Shown: positions 53,941 to 60,347 of the stretch, one piece after another
Layout of the letters: every line of letters begins with the position of its first letter
How positions within the stretch are numbered: the stretch's first letter is position 1
IMG/VR virus record: IMGVR_UViG_3300045107_000842
Coordinates: 1-60,347 of that record
DNA length: 60,347 bases
Strand: one strand, 5' to 3'
Source of the DNA: a virus
Lineage: Duplodnaviria; Caudoviricetes
Made by a program: the position numbers and the translations under genes
The notes under the pieces: model-generated
The model's database searches: none
The model's input: only the letters and a program-made list of their open reading frames with translations
What the model was told of the DNA's origin: nothing

Positions 53941-54741
53941 ATGACGGACACCAAAACCTGCCGACACCCCGTCGCTCGCCGCACCGTTGTGCCCGGAGAG
54001 GGCGAACGCTGCGAGATCTGCGGCACCAGGACCGGATCGTCGTCGCTACGCCCGTCGACGGCGCTGGCGCAGTTTTCCAGGCTGGTCGCTGAGGAGCTGC
54101 TCGCCGAGCGCCTCCGCCAGGTCAACGCGGAGGGCTACGACGCCGATCACGACGATGTGCACGACCGGGACGAGCTGGCTCTGGGCGCCGCGTACTACGC
54201 GCTGCCCGCAAGCGTCAGGCAGTGGATGGACGGCAACGACGTCAAATTGTGGCCGTTTGCCGACGAAGCCAAGTCCGAAGACCGACGCCGAGATCTGATC
54301 AAGGCCGGCGCGATGATCGTCGCCGAGATCGAGCGGCTCGACCGCGCCATGGCGGGCGCGGCCGCTGCCGAGGTTCCCGACGACCGCGACGATCGCCAGC
54401 AGCTCGTCTACGAATGGGCACTTCGCTGCTTCGGCGAGCGCTCCATGACGCTGCCGGAGCGCGCAGCCAGGGTCCTCGAGGAGGCGATCGAGCTGGCCCA
54501 GGCCGAAGGCCTCTCGCTGGAGGCTTGCGGTGATCTCGCCCGGTTCGTCTACGCGAAACCGGCCGGCGATCCTGCCCAGGAGGTCGGCGGCATAGCCGTC
54601 ACGCTGCTCTGCTACTGCCAAGTGAAGGGCCTGTCAGGCGAAGCTGCCGAGGTCGCCGAGATCCGGCGCGTTCTGTCGAAAACCCCGGAGCACTTCGCCG
54701 AGCGCCATGCCGTCAAGCGCGCGGCGGGAGTGGCCGCCTGA
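53941..54741 (+). CDS. Two-domain phage protein with MazG-like C-terminal domain
   Basis: AERLRQ..EGY..HDD...RRDLIKAGAMIVAEIERLDR; ERAARVLEEAIELAQ..QEVGG. Confidence 0.65.
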   Translation: MTDTKTCRHPVARRTVVPGEGERCEICGTRTGSSSLRPSTALAQFSRLVAEELLAERLRQVNAEGYDADHDDVHDRDELALGAAYYALPASVRQWMDGNDVKLWPFADEAKSEDRRRDLIKAGAMIVAEIERLDRAMAGAAAAEVPDDRDDRQQLVYEWALRCFGERSMTLPERAARVLEEAIELAQAEGLSLEACGDLARFVYAKPAGDPAQEVGGIAVTLLCYCQVKGLSGEAAEVAEIRRVLSKTPEHFAERHAVKRAAGVAA

Positions 54742-55217
54742 TGGCCGGCAGCCTCAACCGCGCCACGCTGCTGGGCAATCTCGGGCGCGACCCCGAGAGC
54801 CGGGCCCTGCAGGACGGCACCAAGGTGGTGACGCTGTCGCTCGCCACCTCGGAGACCTGGACGGACAAGCACTCGGGCGAGAAGAAGGAGCGCACCGAGT
54901 GGCACCGGGTCGTCATCTTCAACGAGCGCATCGCCGAGACCGCCGACAAGTACCTGAAGAAGGGCTCCAAGGCGCTGGTCGAGGGCCAGATCCAGACCCG
55001 CAAGTGGACCGATCAGGGCGGCCAGGAGCGCTACACCACTGAGATCGTCATCGGCCGCTTCAGCGGCCAGCTGCTGCTGCTCGGCGACGGCCGGGCCGGG
55101 CCGCCCCCGGCATCGGGTGCCGACGAGTACGGCCGCGCTGGGGCCGGCGCCGGCGCGCCGCGGCCCAGCGGCGGTGGCGGGGTCGGCAGCGAGCTCGACG
55201 ACGACATCCCGTTCTAG
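54741..55217 (+). CDS. ssb: Single-stranded DNA-binding protein
   Basis: LLGNLGRDPE, LATSETW, ERTEWHRVV, C-terminal DDDIPF. Confidence 0.97.
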   Translation: MAGSLNRATLLGNLGRDPESRALQDGTKVVTLSLATSETWTDKHSGEKKERTEWHRVVIFNERIAETADKYLKKGSKALVEGQIQTRKWTDQGGQERYTTEIVIGRFSGQLLLLGDGRAGPPPASGADEYGRAGAGAGAPRPSGGGGVGSELDDDIPF

Positions 55218-55227
55218 AGGGCGCCCG

Positions 55228-55863
55228 ATGATCCTCGTCCCCGAGATCGAGACCGTCGTCCTGCTGGTGCCGCGCACGGGCTCCGGCACGCTCCGCCGCG
55301 CCATCCTGGCGACCTATCCCAGGGCCATGATGATCTATCGGCACATGGAGGCGGACGGCGTGCCGGCGGGCTACGACCACTGGCGACGGCTCGGCGTGGT
55401 GCGGCATCCGGTCGATCGGCTGTGGAGCCTGTACAAGTTCCTGCAGCTCTTCTCCGGCGACCACGATCCGGCCTACATCGCCGCCATGCGCGAGAGCGTC
55501 GCGCGGCCCTTCGATGACTGGCTGCTGCACAACGAGACGGTCTTCACGTCGCCCTACGATAGCGCCGGCTGCGGCCGCTTCTGGCCGGGCTACACCGTCC
55601 GCCACCCGCTGCCGGAGAACCGCAAGAGCCAGTTCCTCTACCTCCGGCCGGACCTCGGCACCCAGGTCTATCCCTACGAGGAGTTGCGCTGGGTCGCCGG
55701 CGACCTGCTCGGGCTGTCGCTCGACCTGCGGCCTCGGCACAACGCCTCGGGCGGAGACCCGCCGCCGGCCCTCTCGGCCGGCGCCGCGGCTTATGTGCGG
55801 CGCGTGTTCGCCTGGGATTTCGAGGCGGCAAGCCGGCGCGTCGTGCGCCCCATCCCGTTCTGA
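55228..55863 (+). CDS. Sulfotransferase-fold protein
   Basis: VPRTGSGT (5'-PSB-like loop) and VVRHPVDRLWSLY (3'-PB-like motif); HNAS..FAWDF tail. Confidence 0.65.
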   Translation: MILVPEIETVVLLVPRTGSGTLRRAILATYPRAMMIYRHMEADGVPAGYDHWRRLGVVRHPVDRLWSLYKFLQLFSGDHDPAYIAAMRESVARPFDDWLLHNETVFTSPYDSAGCGRFWPGYTVRHPLPENRKSQFLYLRPDLGTQVYPYEELRWVAGDLLGLSLDLRPRHNASGGDPPPALSAGAAAYVRRVFAWDFEAASRRVVRPIPF

Positions 55864-56417
55864 TGACGGCAGGCATCGAACGTCCCGTTCGCGCCGTGGT
55901 CGACGGCCAATACGGCTTCGCCTACCTGGTCGACGCGACGGGCCGGAAGATCGCCACGATCTACGGCAGCGCGGCCGCCAGGCGAGCGCGCGCCATGCTG
56001 ATCGCCGCCGCGGTCAACCGAGCGACGGTGGCCGACTTCCTGTCAGGCGAGCTCGCCACCGAGATGGCGCCGCCGGCCGAGCCGGCGGCCGCCGAGACGA
56101 AGGAGCAGCTCGCCGCCGAGATCCTGGCGCGATTCCGCCCCGACCGCGGCGCCTGGCGCATCGACGGGCGCGCCGTCCGCGGGGACGCGATGCGGCTGCT
56201 ATGGCGCCGTCTCGACTGGCAACAGGCGCGGCTCGACTGGGGCCCGTCGCCGGCCGGCAACCCGGGCCCTTACTGGCACGTGCCGATGCGCGAGCCGCCG
56301 GACGACATAACGCTGCGCCATGGCTGGGAGGGCACCGTGCACCGCCTCTATCCGCTCGGCCGCCGCGCCGACGAGGCGCGCGCCCTTCGCGTCGCCGAGC
56401 TGAAGGCCGGACGATGA
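55863..56417 (+). CDS. Hypothetical protein
   Basis: 184 aa; TGATG/ATGA coupling. Confidence 0.65.
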   Translation: MTAGIERPVRAVVDGQYGFAYLVDATGRKIATIYGSAAARRARAMLIAAAVNRATVADFLSGELATEMAPPAEPAAAETKEQLAAEILARFRPDRGAWRIDGRAVRGDAMRLLWRRLDWQQARLDWGPSPAGNPGPYWHVPMREPPDDITLRHGWEGTVHRLYPLGRRADEARALRVAELKAGR

Positions 56418-57256
56418 GCGCCGCGATCGACGCCGGCTTCGTCCGAGAAGCCCTCAGGCGCCGCCATCCCTCGCAGGAATATGCGCTCTTCTTCGAGGTC
56501 GCCGACGCCACCGGCGCCCGGCACCGCCGCTGGGCCGACGCCGTCGCGATGAGCCTGTGGCCGTCGCGCGGCCTCGTGCTCGACGGCTTCGAGATTAAGG
56601 TGTCGCGGTACGACTGGCTGCGCGAGAAGGCGGCTCCCGAGAAGGCCGAGACGATCGCCCGCTACTGCGACCGCTGGTGGATCGTCTCGCCGCACCAGGT
56701 GGTCGAGGAGGGCGAGCTGCCGGACGCCTGGGGCCACCAGGTCGTCTACCCGGATGGCGACATCATGATCGCCAAGCACGCCGTGCGAAACAGCGAGCCG
56801 GCGCCGATCGACCGGATCTTCCTCGCCAGCCTGCTGCGCAGCGCCGGAAAGGTCGATAGCGACCTGATCGCCCGCCGGGTCGAGGCCGAGGTCAAGCGCC
56901 GCCGCGAGGACGACGAGAAGGATCTCGAGTACCGCATCGAGCGCGCCCGCGGCCGCGACAAGATGGCCGGCGAGCACCTGGCGAAGATCGAGGCGGCCCT
57001 GAAGGCGGGCGGCGTCGACACCGACCTGGAATGGACCTCGAGCGACGAGCTCGCGGCCGCCGTCGCCGTCGTTGTGAAGGCGAAGCTGTTTAGCAGCTAT
57101 TCGGGCCTGCCCGAGCTGCACGCGTCGATGCGCACGGTCGCCGGCGAGCTGCTGCCCAAGCTCGAGGAGACGCTGACCGCCCTCGGCGTAGCGCTTCCCG
57201 ATCCGAAGGGAAGCCTCCTGTCCCGGCAGATCCGGCGGCATCGCAAGAAGCCATGA
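56414..57256 (+). CDS. PD-(D/E)XK nuclease-like protein (MmcB-like)
   Basis: FEV..ADAVAMSLWPSRG..GFEIKVSRYDWLRE..PEK..CDRWWIV..ELP..WG. Confidence 0.75.
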   Translation: MSAAIDAGFVREALRRRHPSQEYALFFEVADATGARHRRWADAVAMSLWPSRGLVLDGFEIKVSRYDWLREKAAPEKAETIARYCDRWWIVSPHQVVEEGELPDAWGHQVVYPDGDIMIAKHAVRNSEPAPIDRIFLASLLRSAGKVDSDLIARRVEAEVKRRREDDEKDLEYRIERARGRDKMAGEHLAKIEAALKAGGVDTDLEWTSSDELAAAVAVVVKAKLFSSYSGLPELHASMRTVAGELLPKLEETLTALGVALPDPKGSLLSRQIRRHRKKP

Positions 57257-57687
57257 GCAAGCGCGAGCACCTCGAGGCGATCGCCGCCGCGCTGCGCGGC
57301 TATGGCGCCACCGACATCGCGATCGAGCGCGGCGGCAAGCACCGCCGCATCACCTTCGCCTTCGCCGGCCGAGAGCACTTCTACGTGCTGCCGGGCAATC
57401 TCGGCGGCTACCAGGCCGCGGTCGAGAAGTGCCTCGGCGACATCCGCCGCATGCTCGACCTCGGCAAGCCGCCGGCGGCGCACCGGGGCCGGCCGCGCCG
57501 GCGCCGCCGCGCGCGGCGCCAGCCTGCGCCCTGCCCGCCGATCACCGTCCGCGAGGATCCCTGGCGGCCGCTGGCCGCCCACCCGGCCCTGTCGCCGGAG
57601 CAGCGCGCCCGGGCGGCCTGGGAGGCCTGGTGGCGCTTCTGGCGCGCGTCGATGCACGCCGCCACCGGCCGGGAGACGCCGTGGTGA
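57253..57687 (+). CDS. Hypothetical protein with HicA-like N-terminus
   Basis: IERGGKHRRITF; Arg-rich linker; ATGA coupling. Confidence 0.55.
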   Translation: MSKREHLEAIAAALRGYGATDIAIERGGKHRRITFAFAGREHFYVLPGNLGGYQAAVEKCLGDIRRMLDLGKPPAAHRGRPRRRRRARRQPAPCPPITVREDPWRPLAAHPALSPEQRARAAWEAWWRFWRASMHAATGRETPW

Positions 57688-57836
57688 CCGAGCCCGCGCC
57701 GCGGCCGCCGGAGACGTCGCCGCCGCTCACCCCGCGCGAGACGATCCACGAGCTCGCGCGCGTGGTTGCCCGCATGCTTGCCAGAGAGCATCATCACATT
57801 GCGGAGGATAGACGGCCGCGCCCGGAGGACTGCTGA
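57684..57836 (+). CDS. Small protein, candidate recombination directionality factor
   Basis: 50 aa, ELARVVARMLAREH; last high-GC gene before the recombinase; role inferred from position. Confidence 0.4.
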   Translation: MTEPAPRPPETSPPLTPRETIHELARVVARMLAREHHHIAEDRRPRPEDC

Positions 57837-57852
57837 TAGCTGGGGATGTGCT

Positions 57853-58713
57853 ATGTCGGTTGATGAGGTCCCGAGTCCTGCTCCGAAACCGCTCTGCTTC
57901 GTAATTGGGCCGATAGGAAAAGCCGGCTCCGAAACGCGGAAGCACTCTGATCTGCTGCTACATGCGGTTATCAAGCATGTGCTTGAAGCGGTCGAGTTTT
58001 CATTTCAGGTCAAGCGTGCCGACGAAGATACCGATCCCGGGATGATCGGCGATCGGGTCATTTTGGACCTCCGCGACGCCGATCTTGTAGTGGCTGACCT
58101 CACAGACCTGAACCCAAATGCCTTCTATGAGTTGGGCATACGACATTCCACTTTGAAACCAACAATCCATGTTGCTAAGGCGGGAACGCTCCTGCCTTTC
58201 GATAATGTGAGTCACAGAGCTATTTTCGTTGATCTCTCGGACTGGCGCAGCATAGAGGAAGCCAGACAAACTCTTGCCAAGTTGACGAGACGAACGAAGG
58301 AACCTGACTTCCGCGTTAGTAATCCCATCACTCAGGCGAACGCTAGTTTTGCTCTGATGAAAAGCGATGATCCAAGAGACGTCACGATTGCCAACTTGAT
58401 GACTCGGGTGGAGGCCCTGGAGCACCGGTCAATCCGGGAATACTCGGAAACCCGAATGCGATCAGAGCCGACCAATATTCTGACTCCCGACCGTCGTTTG
58501 AAACTCCTCAGGTTCGCTCAAGGCAGCATTGATAGGGGAAGGCCGATGCCGGATATCTTGGCAAGCATAGCGAGTTACTTGGCGGACAGAGGCATGGATG
58601 TCGCAAATCTTGTCCAATCCGAAAGTAATATAGTCGTTTCCTTTATGAATGGATCGGAGGACTTAGTCATACCGATTGTACAACAGACGAAAAAACCGAA
58701 CTCGGAAAAGTAG
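57853..58713 (+). CDS. Low-GC NDT-like (nucleoside deoxyribosyltransferase fold) protein with C-terminal extension
   Basis: CFVIGPIG, RADE..PGMI, ADLVVADLTDLNPNAFYELGIRH..KP, LPFD; clearly AT-richer than flanks. Confidence 0.8.
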   Translation: MSVDEVPSPAPKPLCFVIGPIGKAGSETRKHSDLLLHAVIKHVLEAVEFSFQVKRADEDTDPGMIGDRVILDLRDADLVVADLTDLNPNAFYELGIRHSTLKPTIHVAKAGTLLPFDNVSHRAIFVDLSDWRSIEEARQTLAKLTRRTKEPDFRVSNPITQANASFALMKSDDPRDVTIANLMTRVEALEHRSIREYSETRMRSEPTNILTPDRRLKLLRFAQGSIDRGRPMPDILASIASYLADRGMDVANLVQSESNIVVSFMNGSEDLVIPIVQQTKKPNSEK

Positions 58714-60347
58714 TGCGCGCCGCCATCTACGCCAGATACTCAAGCGACAATCAGCACGAGCGCTCGATCGACGACCAGGTCCGGCTGTGCCGTGACCACC
58801 TCGGGCGGCTGGGCGGCGAGGCGGTCGGGGTCTATGCCGACTATGCGCTGTCGGGCGCCCATCTCGGCAGCCGGCCGGAGGCGAATCGCCTGCTGCGGGA
58901 CGCCAAGGCCGGCCTGTTCGACGCGGTGATCGCCGAGGCGCTCGACCGCCTCAGCCGCGACCAGGAAGACATCGCCGCCATTCACAAGCGACTGCGCTTC
59001 GCTGGCGTCACGCTGATCACCGTCGCTGAGGGCGAGGTCAACGAGCTGCATGTCGGGCTGAAGGGCACGATGAACGCGCTCTTCCTGAAAGACCTGGCGG
59101 CCAAGATCAGGCGCGGTCAGGCCGGCCGGGCGCGCGAGGGCCTGTCGGCCGGCGGCCTCTCCTACGGCTACGAGGTCGTGCGCGAGCTCGACGCGCGTGG
59201 CGAGCCAATCCGGGGCAAGCGGCAGGTAGTGGAGCGGGAGGCCGCGGTGATCCGCCGCATCTTCGCCGAGTACGCAACCGGGCGCAGCACCAAGGCGATC
59301 GCGGCGGGGCTCAACCGCGACGGCATTCCCTCGCCCACCGGCAAGGCCTGGGCCGGCAGCACCATCACCGGCAACCGCAGCCGCGGCAGCGGCATCCTCT
59401 ACAACGAAGCCTATGTCGGCCGGCTGGTCCACAATCGGACCGAGTTCGTGAAGGACCCCGAATCGGGACGGCGCATCAGCCGGCCGCGGCCGGAATCTGA
59501 CTGGATCCGCGCCGAGGCGCCGCACCTGCGCATCGTCGACGACGAGACCTGGGCGGTCACCCGGACCGTCCTGGCCCACTACAGCGCGCTCGGCGGCATC
59601 ACGCACCGGCGCCGGCCGAAGCGGCTGTTCTCCGGGCTGCTGCGCTGCGGGGTCTGCGGCGGGGGCTACACGATCCGGAACGACGACCAGCTTGCCTGCA
59701 GCGGGCACCGGGAGCGCGGCAACTGCGGCAACGGCCGCACGATCCGGCTGGCCGAGGTCGAGCGGCGCGTGCTCGACGGCATCCGCCGCGAGCTGCTCGA
59801 GCCCGACGCGATCGCGGTCTTCCTCACCGAGTACCGGGCGGAGATGAAGCGGCTGCGAGCAAGCTCGCGCCAGCGCCGGAAGGTCGCCCAGCAGCGCCTG
59901 GCGGAGGTCAAGCGCCTGCTCAACGCCATGGTCGACGAGGTGATGTACGGCCAGGTCCGCCTGCTCACGGTCGCCGACCGCATGCAGGCCCTGGAGACCG
60001 AGCAGCAGCAGCTCCAGGCCGAGCTCGCCGCCATGGACGCCGCCGAGCGCGACCAGGTGGTCGAGCTGCACCCGGCCGCGGTCGATGCCTACCGCAAGGC
60101 CGTCGACGACCTGCAGGCCGCGCTCGCGGCCGACGCACCGGCCCGCGAGCAGGCAGCGGCGATCTTGAGGCCGATGATCGAGAAGATCGTGATCTCCCCG
60201 CTCGAGGAGCGCGGGCGGGTCGCCCTCGTCCTCCATGGGAGGATCGCCGAGCTGCTCAACCTGCCGAACCGGAACGAAGGGCGTCCGCCTGACGCTGTAC
60301 GGCTGGTAGCGGAGGAGGGATTTGAACCCCCGACACACGGATTATGA
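58713..60347 (+). CDS. Large serine recombinase (integrase)
   Basis: AIYARYSS, EALDRLSRD, YGY, IAAGLN, SGLLRCGVCG zinc ribbon, coiled coil. Confidence 0.95.
   Translation: MRAAIYARYSSDNQHERSIDDQVRLCRDHLGRLGGEAVGVYADYALSGAHLGSRPEANRLLRDAKAGLFDAVIAEALDRLSRDQEDIAAIHKRLRFAGVTLITVAEGEVNELHVGLKGTMNALFLKDLAAKIRRGQAGRAREGLSAGGLSYGYEVVRELDARGEPIRGKRQVVEREAAVIRRIFAEYATGRSTKAIAAGLNRDGIPSPTGKAWAGSTITGNRSRGSGILYNEAYVGRLVHNRTEFVKDPESGRRISRPRPESDWIRAEAPHLRIVDDETWAVTRTVLAHYSALGGITHRRRPKRLFSGLLRCGVCGGGYTIRNDDQLACSGHRERGNCGNGRTIRLAEVERRVLDGIRRELLEPDAIAVFLTEYRAEMKRLRASSRQRRKVAQQRLAEVKRLLNAMVDEVMYGQVRLLTVADRMQALETEQQQLQAELAAMDAAERDQVVELHPAAVDAYRKAVDDLQAALAADAPAREQAAAILRPMIEKIVISPLEERGRVALVLHGRIAELLNLPNRNEGRPPDAVRLVAEEGFEPPTHGL
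60304..60347 (-). tRNA. 3' half of tRNA-Met(CAT), putative att core (truncated at the window edge)
   Basis: Minus strand TCATAATCCGTGTGTCGGGGGTTCAAATCCCTCCTCCGCTACCA: CAT anticodon, T-loop TTCAAAT, CCA end. Confidence 0.8.

Noticed and set aside
56414-57256. Restriction enzyme partner of the two methyltransferases
   Set aside because: About 9 kb away in the divergent operon and resembles a common stand-alone phage PD-(D/E)XK family; no evidence for an R-M pair
57253-57687. HicAB toxin-antitoxin pair
   Set aside because: Only a weak GGKH motif and no HicB-like partner nearby

Overview
The window is almost entirely one temperate siphovirus-type prophage in a high-GC host. The GcrA-like gene, REP-like element and tRNA-Met att sequence suggest an alphaproteobacterium (inference). 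At the right end a large serine recombinase runs into the 3' half of a tRNA-Met(CAT), the putative att core; the matching left att copy is not in the window. Inward lie a + strand early operon (HTH-ParB, MazG-like, SSB, sulfotransferase-like, PD-(D/E)XK-like), a CI/Cro switch with ATGGCG-N3-CGCCAT operators, and a long - strand run. That run holds CII-like, GcrA-like, helicase-methyltransferase, C5 methyltransferase, DUF5131, primase and P4/D5 helicase genes, an iteron origin, a Q-position gene with a late promoter/terminator, an HK97-type head, a non-contractile tail with a -1 frameshift chaperone, and lysis genes. Most notable features: (1) two paralogous HK97-fold capsid genes; (2) glycosyltransferase/methyltransferase genes inside the head module, plus a further glycosyltransferase and a sulfotransferase-like gene, possibly a virion-decoration system; (3) a separately promoted, lower-GC three-gene cassette ending in a Cys/His peptidase-like gene; (4) a tRNA-Ser(CGA) with a non-canonical anticodon loop between two HNH genes; (5) a sigma-like protein with an RMF-like tail, a holin-lipoprotein fusion and a nucleotide-hydrolase cluster in the late operon; (6) three single-base frameshifts. 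Family names come from motif recognition by eye; no database search was run.
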